Part shown: positions 38,266 to 46,789 of the stretch, in pieces
Layout: each line of letters begins with the position of its first letter
How positions within the stretch are numbered: position 1 is the first letter of the stretch
IMG/VR virus record: IMGVR_UViG_3300020042_001691
Span: 1-54,833 of that record
Origin: a virus
Taxonomy: Duplodnaviria > Caudoviricetes
DNA: 54,833 nucleotides
Direction: 5' to 3' (one strand)
The notes under the pieces: generated by a model
Told to the model about the DNA's origin: nothing
What the model saw: only the letters and a program-made list of their open reading frames with translations
The model's database searches: none
Position numbers and translations under genes: made by a program

Positions 38266-38675
38266 GCTATACGAAGTAGTGCAGAGGTTGAAGAGTTTGC
38301 GGGGAGTGTAACAGTAAACGTAGTCGTAGAGGTCTTGTCTGCGCCAAAATCAAGAACCGCAATAGACTTACCCGCTTGTGTTACGTTGTAGATCAATGCC
38401 CCACGCGCAGTCAATGCAGCGTTAAACACAGGGTTGTCGAAACTGATGTACGCCACATTGTTCGCTGCAAGGACAGTCGCGTTAGTCAGCAAAATGCCGC
38501 CCGCTGTATAGCCGACCCCTACAACTTCATTGTCTGTGGTGTATACAGTCGTGTCTGCGTTTAGCGTTGCTTCAGCGGTGTACAGCGCCATCTGAATTGT
38601 GTCCGACAAGAGGTTATGAACTGCTTGCGGCAGTTCAACCTTGAAACTTGTCGTCATCGTCTGAGTCAACGCCAT
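38262..38675 (-). CDS. Virion structural protein (paralog B)
   Basis: MALTQTMTTSFKVELPQAVHNL...YTAGG...ARGALIYN...LDFGADKT. Confidence 0.72.
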   Translation of the reverse strand: MALTQTMTTSFKVELPQAVHNLLSDTIQMALYTAEATLNADTTVYTTDNEVVGVGYTAGGILLTNATVLAANNVAYISFDNPVFNAALTARGALIYNVTQAGKSIAVLDFGADKTSTTTFTVTLPANSSTSALLRIA

Positions 38676-38676
38676 C

Positions 38677-39333
38677 TTAAGTTACCTGCTGACGATATTG
38701 ACCGGATCTGTACGCATCCTGACGCTCCAGACCATCTCCCAGACGCTTGGCAAGTGCGAGGGCTTCTTTGTATTTGCCTTCGTATGCCTGCATCATGTCC
38801 GTCTCACCCTTCATGAAGATGTAAGCCTCGACAAGTGCGCCATAAAGCAAGACGGTATCGAAGTTATCACCCAGCCAAGTCTGTCCACCTACTACTGTGG
38901 TGATCGACTCTGGGTAGTAGAAGTAGTGAAGTTCTACGTTGTAGATGATGTCAGGGGTGGGACCGAGGATGAAGACAAGTTCTTTGGCATCCGCAAACGC
39001 AGGGCCGAAAAGCGCGTAGCACTTTGGCATACCCGTAGTCTGTGGGAAAGGGTACGCCTCACGGATGAAGTTCACATCCTTGTTCAGCAAGTACGTGTAC
39101 GACCCTCCTACGGGGTACACCGCCATCGAGTATACCGACAAGAAGTCAAGCGGGCAATCCAAGTACTGATCTTGTGCCGTAGTCTGCCCCACGACATTCT
39201 TGCGAAGCGATGGGAACTGCACGCTGTTGTAAATGCGCTGCTCTGCCTGCGTAATGAACGTGTTCATATCCGCCGTAGCAAATTGGTTCTCCGTATAGGA
39301 GCTTATCGCATTCACAAGAGCCGTGTAATTCAT
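38677..39333 (-). CDS. Head-tail adaptor/tail tubular-like protein
   Basis: MNYTAL..AI..Y.E...FITQAEQRI...GPTPD..Y.VELHY...LLYGALVEA. Confidence 0.7.
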   Translation of the reverse strand: MNYTALVNAISSYTENQFATADMNTFITQAEQRIYNSVQFPSLRKNVVGQTTAQDQYLDCPLDFLSVYSMAVYPVGGSYTYLLNKDVNFIREAYPFPQTTGMPKCYALFGPAFADAKELVFILGPTPDIIYNVELHYFYYPESITTVVGGQTWLGDNFDTVLLYGALVEAYIFMKGETDMMQAYEGKYKEALALAKRLGDGLERQDAYRSGQYRQQVT

Positions 39334-39587
39334 GCCATCGGACCTCTAGACATCGTACCTTTGGTCGCGCAGCCCGTACCGCGCATCTTGACGCCATCAG
39401 TCTTTACACCACCGCAGTCACCCAACGAGACGCCGCTCATTGGTGTCCAATCTTCTTTGCGGGGCATGGTGGGCTTGATGCCGTAGTCGTTAATACCCAG
39501 CCGCTTACCAGACATGGTGTGGGGCTCTGCGTAAACACTAGCGGGGCCGACTTCTTTACCGTCTTCTTTTTGACTGTACTTAGCCAT
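39330..39587 (-). CDS. Small basic virion-module protein
   Basis: C-terminal KMRGTGCATKG..SRGPMA. Confidence 0.7.
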   Translation of the reverse strand: MAKYSQKEDGKEVGPASVYAEPHTMSGKRLGINDYGIKPTMPRKEDWTPMSGVSLGDCGGVKTDGVKMRGTGCATKGTMSRGPMA

Positions 39588-39590
39588 GAT

Positions 39591-39788
39591 TCAACCCGTC
39601 TTTTGACTAGCAGCGCGAGACAGCCCACGACCAAGACGCATACGGTCCTCGGAGGTGGGGCCACCCTTTTTGAGCTTCAGGGAAGTCTTCTTGCCCCCCG
39701 GATGCTTTGCCGCTTCGTGCTGTCCGATCCCTTTGCGGATCATAGCCTTATCTTGCGCCATGTCAGACTTACCGTTTTCCTTAGCCAT
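39591..39788 (-). CDS. Small basic protein with LKKGG motif
   Basis: GGAGG RBS; DMAQDKAMI...HE...H.G..LKKGG. Confidence 0.7.
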   Translation of the reverse strand: MAKENGKSDMAQDKAMIRKGIGQHEAAKHPGGKKTSLKLKKGGPTSEDRMRLGRGLSRAASQKTG

Positions 39789-39797
39789 GTGGCCTCC

Positions 39798-40187
39798 TTA
39801 TGTCGTCACTACCGTGACTGTACCAACAATCCCCTGTACAACCAAGTCATTTGGTGTTAGCAAGGTATCGAAACTGCTGGCTCCACCAACCGGATTCCAG
39901 CCCCATTGAAACACTCGACTACCTTCGCCCTGAGTCCCGAGGACCGTAAGACCTGATACGTAGTAGCTCTGATCCCGGCGAGGTTCACGTACTGCCTGTG
40001 GATCATCTACCGGATACATACCCAGTTGGAGTTGCGGATGATCTGGATCCCAGCACTGTATACACACCAGAATGTTGTAGATCTTGGTCTTTATAACTTC
40101 CTTCTTGAGTGCGGTCAGCTTGAACTTTTGTCCACAGCGATCACACATCGCAATCGAGTTCTTACCTGAAGCAAACCTATTGCCCAT
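39798..40187 (-). CDS. Zn-finger-like phage protein
   Basis: CDRCG...VCIQCWDPDHPQL...DPQAVREPR. Confidence 0.7.
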   Translation of the reverse strand: MGNRFASGKNSIAMCDRCGQKFKLTALKKEVIKTKIYNILVCIQCWDPDHPQLQLGMYPVDDPQAVREPRRDQSYYVSGLTVLGTQGEGSRVFQWGWNPVGGASSFDTLLTPNDLVVQGIVGTVTVVTT

Positions 40188-40188
40188 A

Positions 40189-40881
40189 TCAGTTTATGAA
40201 CATCTGCCTTGGGACGAGCCGAATCGCTGCCTTCTCGCGGTCCTCAGATGATGCCAGATCCCAAGCTTCGTCGTACTGTGCCTTGAGGGTTTCAAGACGT
40301 TGCAACCCATCAGGAAGCTTCAGCGCAAGGTAGTAAGCCAGCCCCGCAACCATGCAGGGGATAAACCGAAACGGTACATCCATCGTGTTGACACCACCGC
40401 CAGCATCTTGAATTCTACGAAGATACCAATACACAAAAGTGTAGGGTTGCGAAGCATCTGGGATGGGCCAGACCGTGACGTTGGGGACAGGTGCTTGCCT
40501 ATTGATGTAGACCTGAATCGGCCTAGCCTGACTCAACTTGTTAGGAATCGTGGCATAGGTGGAAACAGAAATGCGCGTGATCGACAGGTCAGCCTGAGTC
40601 GATGAATTCCCTGCCCCAGTACGAATAACGTGTTCAAGCAGATCTACCGTGTCATCCGGGAGATCATACGTCGCAGTACCCGGAACAAGGGTAATAGAAG
40701 ACTGAGCAACAGTCCACAGGTTAATCCCGCGATTAGCCCAATCAGCAAAAAGCAAATTGAGACTACGCCTTGCAGTCTTGAGATCGTAGCCCGAACGAAG
40801 CTCCGCACCACAACGCTCGAAAGCCTCTTCGACCAGATCGGTCAGATCAAGATTGAATGTGGTAGTGCCAGAGGTAGCCAT
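40189..40881 (-). CDS. Head-tail adaptor (P22 gp4/tail tubular A-like)
   Basis: EEAFERCG...ARRSLNLLFADWANRGINLW...VWPIPD...CMVAGLAYYLA. Confidence 0.72.
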   Translation of the reverse strand: MATSGTTTFNLDLTDLVEEAFERCGAELRSGYDLKTARRSLNLLFADWANRGINLWTVAQSSITLVPGTATYDLPDDTVDLLEHVIRTGAGNSSTQADLSITRISVSTYATIPNKLSQARPIQVYINRQAPVPNVTVWPIPDASQPYTFVYWYLRRIQDAGGGVNTMDVPFRFIPCMVAGLAYYLALKLPDGLQRLETLKAQYDEAWDLASSEDREKAAIRLVPRQMFIN

Positions 40882-41441
40882 TACTGCAACGAGTTAGTTG
40901 AAGACTGTTGAGGTTGCATCAGCCCTGCTAAACCTTGCTGCTGCGAGAACTGCTGCATAGCGTTCGGGGCTGGGCCAAGCATACCGCCTTGTTGCCCCAT
41001 AGGTGCTTGCTGTTGTTGTGCAAAGTTTTGCGCCCAAGGTGGCATACCACCGCCCTGCGGACCCATCATAGGATTACCTTGCGCTCCGGGCATACCGCCT
41101 TTACCACCTGCTGCGCCTTGTTGCATGGGGTTCTGCTGCATCGGACCACCTTGCTGTCCCATCATAGGGCCAAGATAGGGCGGGAAACCGCCTTGTTGCA
41201 TCGGGTCACCTTGCTTGCCCATCTGCTGCATAGGGTTCTGCTGCATTTGCTGCATAGGGTTTTGCTGCATCGGACCGCCCTGCTTGCCCATTTGCCGCGC
41301 CGCTATTGCTTGCTGAATACCGGGGGGTAGTTGGGAGAGCATGGACGGTGACATTGAGCCACCCTGCTTCTGCATTGGGTTCCCCGGTCTCTGCATAGCA
41401 GACATACCTGCTCCCGGTCTTTTCATTCCACCAGCACCCAT
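40881..41441 (-). CDS. Low-complexity Gln/Met/Gly/Pro-rich protein (186 aa)
   Basis: TAATG coupling at both ends; repeated MQQNPMQQ and QGGPMQQ units. Confidence 0.65.
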   Translation of the reverse strand: MGAGGMKRPGAGMSAMQRPGNPMQKQGGSMSPSMLSQLPPGIQQAIAARQMGKQGGPMQQNPMQQMQQNPMQQMGKQGDPMQQGGFPPYLGPMMGQQGGPMQQNPMQQGAAGGKGGMPGAQGNPMMGPQGGGMPPWAQNFAQQQQAPMGQQGGMLGPAPNAMQQFSQQQGLAGLMQPQQSSTNSLQ

Positions 41442-41614
41442 TATTTCATCCCCTTAAGCGTTTGCGCCAAACGCGCACGTTGTCCTAGTTTACCCGGAGC
41501 AGAAGCAGCTTTCGCCAACTTCTTAGCGGGGATCGGCTGACCTTCTTTAGCGCCAAGTTGCTTACGTAAAGCCCCCGGCTTCTTGATAGCGTCAGCAATC
41601 CAGTTCTTAGCCAT
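41441..41614 (-). CDS. Small basic protein (57 aa, not in ORF track)
   Basis: MAKNWIADAIKKPGALRKQLGAKEGQPIPAKKLAKAASAPGKLGQRARLAQTLKGMK; TAATG coupling at both ends. Confidence 0.75.
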   Translation of the reverse strand: MAKNWIADAIKKPGALRKQLGAKEGQPIPAKKLAKAASAPGKLGQRARLAQTLKGMK

Positions 41615-41847
41615 TACCTAAACCCCGCTGTTTTCTTAGCAATGTTTTTAGGTTGGGCAACGAACTGCTTGCCCGCCGCCTTACCCGCACGTTTGGCTTT
41701 GGTTGTCGCTGCGTACTCAGCAGGAGACAACGACTTGATTGCTGCTTCTGGCAAATAGCGTTCGCCTGTTTTAGACGAAGGCTTCCCCGACTTGGTTGTC
41801 CACTTCTGGTCAGTCCAATTCTTAAGGGATTGCTGTGGCGCTTTCAA
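41614..41847 (-). CDS. Small basic protein (DUF5872-like)
   Basis: QSLKNWTDQKW.TKSGK...GERYLP..AI. Confidence 0.7.
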   Translation of the reverse strand: MKAPQQSLKNWTDQKWTTKSGKPSSKTGERYLPEAAIKSLSPAEYAATTKAKRAGKAAGKQFVAQPKNIAKKTAGFR

Positions 41848-42119
41848 TCTGAGTAGCCCCCACCTTTGGCCTTGTACTTCTTAGCCAGCAACTGAGCTTT
41901 CCGCGCTGACCACTGGCCCGCTGCGGTTCCTTGCGTAGCCTGACCCTTGATAGAGTTGAACAGCGACTTCCGCATGGTTGGCTTGGTGTAGTTGCCAGCA
42001 GCGTTTACCTTACCACCTTCAGCATACTGCGTGAAGTCAGTATCGTCGCGGCGAGCTTTCTTCTTTGCCCCCGGCATCTTGGAGGGATTGATATCACCCA
42101 TACCGCGACTAGGTCTCAT
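41844..42119 (-). CDS. Small basic protein (91 aa) with YAEGG motif
   Basis: ATGA overlap at 42116-19; NYTKP..RK...GQWSARKAQLLAKKYK..GGGY. Confidence 0.72.
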   Translation of the reverse strand: MRPSRGMGDINPSKMPGAKKKARRDDTDFTQYAEGGKVNAAGNYTKPTMRKSLFNSIKGQATQGTAAGQWSARKAQLLAKKYKAKGGGYSD

Positions 42120-42394
42120 ACCATCCTGCCTTTGGTTTTGCCTCGCTTGGCACACCCGTCAGCACGAGTAACACCGCCCTTAGCCATCTTGGTGCAGCCA
42201 CCCTTGGCCTTAGTCATAACCTTAGGCTTTGCGGGCGATGACGCAGCAGAAGCAGGGGTAGGAGGTTTTGGAGCCTTTTCCTTGAACGTACCCATAGAAC
42301 GAGAGGCAGCTTCGTCGTAGGCTTTCCCCATAGCCTCGCGGTCTTTTTCTTCCTTCAACTCCGCAAGTGCGCGTTCTTTTGCTGTATCAGACAT
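42116..42394 (-). CDS. Small basic protein with KAKGG/MAKGG motifs
   Basis: AAGGAG RBS; C-terminal RADGCAKRGKTKGRMV. Confidence 0.72.
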   Translation of the reverse strand: MSDTAKERALAELKEEKDREAMGKAYDEAASRSMGTFKEKAPKPPTPASAASSPAKPKVMTKAKGGCTKMAKGGVTRADGCAKRGKTKGRMV

Positions 42395-42406
42395 GATGTC
42401 TCCTTA

Positions 42407-42598
42407 TTAGCAGCTTCCGCCGCTCTTCATTTTGATTTGCTTGGCCTTGGTGCCCCCGTGGGAGATGCAGCCATCAGCAGCCTTGACAAATCCACCGTTC
42501 TTGAAAGGCTTGCCGCCCTTCTTGGGATTGCTATTGACTTTGTCTTTGGCATCCATGATCTTTTGCATGAATGCCGGGAGAGGCTTCTTCGTCTTCAT
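42407..42598 (-). CDS. Small basic protein with FKNGG/MKSGG motifs
   Basis: ATGA overlap; ADGCISHGGTK. Confidence 0.7.
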   Translation of the reverse strand: MKTKKPLPAFMQKIMDAKDKVNSNPKKGGKPFKNGGFVKAADGCISHGGTKAKQIKMKSGGSC

Positions 42599-42783
42599 GA
42601 TTGGTCTTTCTTCCGGTTAGTCCACTGACGGACGGTGTCAGTCTCCCAGATTCGGAAGGCTGTCCAAATAATCGTAAACAATGCTGCGATTGACGGTAAA
42701 ACTTCCACAAGTGTCCCTACTACGGTTATCAAGGACACGGCATCCATCACGTGTTTGGTAGCCTCAAGAGCTTCATCTTTCAT
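42595..42783 (-). CDS. Small membrane protein, holin-like (62 aa)
   Basis: ATG 42783 follows the upstream stop; hydrophobic core ..LPSIAALFTIIWTAFRIWET. Confidence 0.6.
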   Translation of the reverse strand: MKDEALEATKHVMDAVSLITVVGTLVEVLPSIAALFTIIWTAFRIWETDTVRQWTNRKKDQS

Positions 42784-42784
42784 C

Positions 42785-43039
42785 TTAGCACTTCCACGCT
42801 CTAAGGCTTTTGTTGATGCGGCTATCGGGGTCATTGGCGGTTTTGGCACTTGTTAGTTTCTTCTTCATACCCGACATCCGGGCACAAAATGAATCTTTGC
42901 GTGAACCACCTTCAGGCTGTGGAGCCTTGAGTCCCGGTTTACCGGGGTTTGCCTTGTTGTAAGAAGCGCGGCCTTTGGCGTTTAAGCCACCAGCCTCGCT
43001 CTTACCCTCCTTGCGTTGCCATGCAGGAGACTTAGCCAT
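42785..43039 (-). CDS. Small basic protein (DUF6321-like, 84 aa)
   Basis: MAKSPAWQRKEGK..GGLNAKGRASY...RKDSFCARM...SRINKSLRAWKC. Confidence 0.75.
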   Translation of the reverse strand: MAKSPAWQRKEGKSEAGGLNAKGRASYNKANPGKPGLKAPQPEGGSRKDSFCARMSGMKKKLTSAKTANDPDSRINKSLRAWKC

Positions 43040-43040
43040 A

Positions 43041-46000
43041 TTACGCCTGTGCCTCTTTCCAGCCCAGTCGCGCCAAAATTGTGGAGCTTGTGGCGGACAA
43101 TGGAATAGCCACGACGTACAAAATATCCGGGCCATCAGGATAGAAGTTCGATTGCGTAGTCGGTACCGTGCTGGCTGTACCCCCGCCCAAAATTGAGTTA
43201 CCCAAATCACGTATCCCACTCAAGTCCAGACGGGTAACTCCAGTTGGGTCTGTATAACCAGCGTACACCGACTCACCACCAGTGACAGTCACCGCGTTGG
43301 TATTCAGCGCAATTTGCGCCAAAGATGATGTGATGCCGCCCACTTGCTGAACAGGAGCCACAAAACCACTAGAGAACGCGCCGCTGGCAAATCCGTTCAA
43401 CACAAGGTTTATCAGGAAGCCAGTTCCGGTGGTGAACAGACCCAAAGACTCCAACTCCAACTGCATACGATTGATAATCTCTCGCGCACCTAGAAGCCCT
43501 GTTGTGTTGTTGTCCACGGAGGGAGCCACACGAATCGCCATCAACACGCGAGGCGTTGTTGCCGTGGTTGTGATGGCCGTAGTCATGCCGTAGTTGAACA
43601 CCAGCGACTTGTCGTTGTCGAAGCCACCGTCCATGATTACCGACGAGCCCCAGTGGGACAGCGAAGCTAGTGTGTCAGGTGACGAAAACTCCACCATAGT
43701 GGGGGCGGTTGCCGAAAACGTAAACGCTTGAGCTGTGATCTGCCCGCCCAACTGCGCACGGGCAGAAACTACGAACGATGTCGCCGTTTTGGATGAGTAT
43801 GCAATATGCTCGACAGTACCAGTAGCGCCGGGGTTGCTAATGCGTATCACACCACTCGGGGCAAAACCAGCGGTGGACTGTACGTTAATGATTGTCCCAA
43901 AGGTACCAACGCCAAGAGTAGCAGTCAAATACGTTACTGCGCTGATGCCGTTTGATTCGTAGTGCGCGGCCATGTTGCCAGAACGCATGTACGCTTCATA
44001 CTGCACGTTGTTGTTCGTGAACTGATGGACGTATGTAACCTGACCCTTTGTGGTACGCAGGCCGAAGCGGGAAAAGCCAGCACCGTACCAAGAGTAGTCA
44101 ATGTAAAACATCTGCATCCGCGTCAGGTCAATCGTGTAACCGGACGGGCCTGTACCATCAAGCGGGTCTGCCCATTGAGACTGTGGTACGCGAGTATCTA
44201 TTGTCTTGGACATGATAGTCCCGACAATCGTGGAACCCCTATATTCAGGGGTAACTTCCATAGCCGTATCCGACGTAATAGTCACAATTCGGTAGGATTG
44301 CCCACGAATCACAACAAAGTCGCCGGGTTTCAGTTGAGAGCTAAACTGGGTTCCTGTGCCCGAGATTACCGTTGAGTTGTTTGTTGCATCAACAACGCCG
44401 CTCAGTTGCAACACGCTATTACGCCAAACGGCGTACAGGGTACGGCCATCGTACTCAAAGAAAAGACCGTTTTGTTGGTCGAAGAAACCAATTCGGTTGG
44501 ACGATCCGTACCACGTACTCGGTGATACGCGAATAGGAAAGCCTGTTGCTGTAGGGACAGATGGAGCCGCCGACATTGTGTACGTCAGGGTGGTCGGCGT
44601 GGGGGTGCTGACCACAACAAATGTGCCGTTGTACGGCCCCTGATCACACCCAGTAACGATGATGGTAGCACTCGGTGCTATGTTGTGGATGTACCGAGTT
44701 GTCACCGTGGCAGTCGTGCCAACCGCTGTAATGCTGGTCGTAAGCAACGGTGGGTTCAAAGAAGAGCCCGTGGAAAACTGGATGCCCTTGCCAGACTGAT
44801 ACCGGAAGTATCGGCGGGTTTGGCGAATCAGTTGCGAGTTTGGAACAGCAGCCCCGGCTGAAAAAGCCACGCCCCCGTCAAACGGACGAGACTCAACCAA
44901 CCCTGCTGGACGCGCAAATAACGTCAGGTTGTTGGCCGTGTTACTTAGTGTACCAAACGGGGTGTTGGCCGTGACAAAGGTAGCGGTATTGGACGTTGGA
45001 GTGGTGACTACCACCCACGCGCCGTTGGGTGTGTTTGCGACAGTTGTGGACGCCACAGTAATTGCCACGGGAGCGCCGATAGCACCAACGGTCTGCGAAG
45101 CGCTCACCGTATAGTTATACCCAATGATCGAAATTGAAGTGACTGTCGATGCCGCGCTCACTGTAAAGGTGGGGGACGTTCCAGACACGATGTATGTACC
45201 AGCGGTAACACCTGCACCTGACAGTTGCATACCGATCACAGGGATGGTGCCGCTTACGTATGTCAACGTGGTACCAGCAATCGAACCAACGAATGTCGAT
45301 GCGTTGACGACGGTAATCGTGGTTCCCGCAGTCACCCCAGCGCCCAGTACTGCGTACCCAGTACGCAGTACCAACCCGGCTGAAGGCACAGCGTTGAAAC
45401 TAAGCGTAGTGCCCGAAATCCACCCCAATGTAGCGTTAGCGGCAATAGAGGTTACGCCAGTCACATAGATCAACGAACCAGCGCTCAAGCCATGCGAGTT
45501 AGCAGAGGTAACCGTGATAGTGGATCCGACGTAAGTGAACGCCGCCACAGACGCGAGGTTGATACCACAGTTAGAGTACAGGTACCCGAGGTACACAAAA
45601 GTACGCTCGGTGTTGAATTGGTTACCTACGGGTACGATGCCTTGAGCCGTATAGGTCACAGACACGTTGGTGCTCACAGCCTCAACGTAGTACCAGCCGT
45701 TAGCGTTATCAGCGTTGGAGTTCTGTACGTAAATCGGCGTACCAACTACAAAGCCCGACGTATCGGCCATGCTGACAACCACCGTGCGGGTTCCAGCACC
45801 AGTCACAGCCGTCACTACACGGGCGGCTTGAGGGATGTAATATAGGCTCTGGCGGTTGTTGGACAGGCCAATAGATTCCCATTTGGTAGGCTGCTGACCA
45901 TACTCAAAGTCGGTGTCGATCAACGCCGTCGGCTGCGAAATACGCATTTTGCCGACGGGGTCTTGCGCGTTAGGCGCAGGATTTACATACGGAGACACAG

Positions 46001-46073
46001 CCCCCGAAGAGTTAGTGCCTGTGATAGGCAAAGATTTGTTCGAGTTCGCGTCTACTACGGTCCATCCAGACAT
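43041..46073 (-). CDS. Large beta-rich virion structural protein (1010 aa)
   Basis: Thr/Ser/Gly/Val-rich tandem beta modules; RQTRRYFRYQSGKG and YSWYGAG motifs. Confidence 0.75.
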   Translation of the reverse strand: MSGWTVVDANSNKSLPITGTNSSGAVSPYVNPAPNAQDPVGKMRISQPTALIDTDFEYGQQPTKWESIGLSNNRQSLYYIPQAARVVTAVTGAGTRTVVVSMADTSGFVVGTPIYVQNSNADNANGWYYVEAVSTNVSVTYTAQGIVPVGNQFNTERTFVYLGYLYSNCGINLASVAAFTYVGSTITVTSANSHGLSAGSLIYVTGVTSIAANATLGWISGTTLSFNAVPSAGLVLRTGYAVLGAGVTAGTTITVVNASTFVGSIAGTTLTYVSGTIPVIGMQLSGAGVTAGTYIVSGTSPTFTVSAASTVTSISIIGYNYTVSASQTVGAIGAPVAITVASTTVANTPNGAWVVVTTPTSNTATFVTANTPFGTLSNTANNLTLFARPAGLVESRPFDGGVAFSAGAAVPNSQLIRQTRRYFRYQSGKGIQFSTGSSLNPPLLTTSITAVGTTATVTTRYIHNIAPSATIIVTGCDQGPYNGTFVVVSTPTPTTLTYTMSAAPSVPTATGFPIRVSPSTWYGSSNRIGFFDQQNGLFFEYDGRTLYAVWRNSVLQLSGVVDATNNSTVISGTGTQFSSQLKPGDFVVIRGQSYRIVTITSDTAMEVTPEYRGSTIVGTIMSKTIDTRVPQSQWADPLDGTGPSGYTIDLTRMQMFYIDYSWYGAGFSRFGLRTTKGQVTYVHQFTNNNVQYEAYMRSGNMAAHYESNGISAVTYLTATLGVGTFGTIINVQSTAGFAPSGVIRISNPGATGTVEHIAYSSKTATSFVVSARAQLGGQITAQAFTFSATAPTMVEFSSPDTLASLSHWGSSVIMDGGFDNDKSLVFNYGMTTAITTTATTPRVLMAIRVAPSVDNNTTGLLGAREIINRMQLELESLGLFTTGTGFLINLVLNGFASGAFSSGFVAPVQQVGGITSSLAQIALNTNAVTVTGGESVYAGYTDPTGVTRLDLSGIRDLGNSILGGGTASTVPTTQSNFYPDGPDILYVVAIPLSATSSTILARLGWKEAQA

Positions 46074-46090
46074 GACAGCCCCTTAAATTA

Positions 46091-46112
46091 CAAGAAGGGG
46101 GCCGAAGCCCCC
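46091..46112 (-). terminator. Probable intrinsic terminator
   Basis: Minus strand GGGGGC-UUCG-GCCCCC-UUCUU. Confidence 0.7.
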
Positions 46113-46121
46113 GTAACCAAA

Positions 46122-46616
46122 TTAGGCGGATGCTGGGTTAGCAGAACCGTCAGAGCCACGCACGATGTACGCAATGGAGAACACACCAGCGCCAGTACCG
46201 GGCGTGACGCTGGTTTGCGTGAACGATACCACCGCATCAACAGCACCCACGTTAGCAACCAAGCCGGGGTTAGACGTTGCCAATGGGATGGCAGTCAGGC
46301 CAGTCGTAGTGAACGCACTAACTGCCGTTGCAGCAGAGATGGCGTTGCCGTTGACATAGATTTGCATCGACGGCGTAGTCGTTGCATACGCGGTGGTAAC
46401 GATGTACTGCACGTTCTGAATAGAAGCGCCAGCAGGGAGCACGGCCAGAACGGTGTTGGCAGTAATGTCTGCATTAGAGACGGTCTTAAACTGTGCAGCA
46501 GGGCAAGCGCCCACGTTACGAACCTGACCAGCCGCAGCGCCTGCAACGGTAGTTGGGCCAACGGTATCTTTAACCGTGCCGAGCAGCCAAGGGCCAAGGT
46601 GAGTTGCGAATCCCAT
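46122..46616 (-). CDS. Probable capsid decoration protein
   Basis: Immediately downstream of the capsid gene; small beta-rich protein with LPAGASI; GAGGA RBS. Confidence 0.6.
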   Translation of the reverse strand: MGFATHLGPWLLGTVKDTVGPTTVAGAAAGQVRNVGACPAAQFKTVSNADITANTVLAVLPAGASIQNVQYIVTTAYATTTPSMQIYVNGNAISAATAVSAFTTTGLTAIPLATSNPGLVANVGAVDAVVSFTQTSVTPGTGAGVFSIAYIVRGSDGSANPASA

Positions 46617-46690
46617 GATATTTCCTCATTTGCGGCTTGCTGTCTTGAGGGGAGTCTGCCAAGTCAGTCAACAAGCCAAGTAGTCTTGGT
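46617..46690 (-). promoter_or_regulatory. Structured 5' leader (candidate double pseudoknot covering the RBS)
   Basis: GGCUUGUUG/CAGCAAGCC helix; CCAAG/CUUGG; CCUCA pairs with Shine-Dalgarno UGAGG. Confidence 0.55.
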
Positions 46691-46696
46691 ATTAGG

Positions 46697-46725
46697 GTTG
46701 TACCACAAGTCTTTCTCTTGTGCAA
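46697..46725 (-). promoter_or_regulatory. sigma70-type promoter with extended -10
   Basis: Minus strand TTGCAC, 17 bp spacer, TGg-TACAAC, directly after the capsid terminator. Confidence 0.55.
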
Positions 46726-46726
46726 A

Positions 46727-46758
46727 TAAAAAGGGGGTAGGCTTGTGACCTACCCCCT
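46727..46758 (-). terminator. Intrinsic terminator after major capsid gene
   Basis: Minus strand AGGGGGUAGG-UCACAAG-CCUACCCCCU-UUUUAUUU. Confidence 0.88.
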
Positions 46759-46789
46759 CCAGCCGGGAACCCCCAACCCTAACTAGCTA

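Noticed and set aside
46617-46690. HDV-like/theta ribozyme
   Set aside because: Double-pseudoknot-like with a GCAAAUG segment, but there is no room for the P3/L3 and P1.1 elements between the candidate P2 and P1 strands
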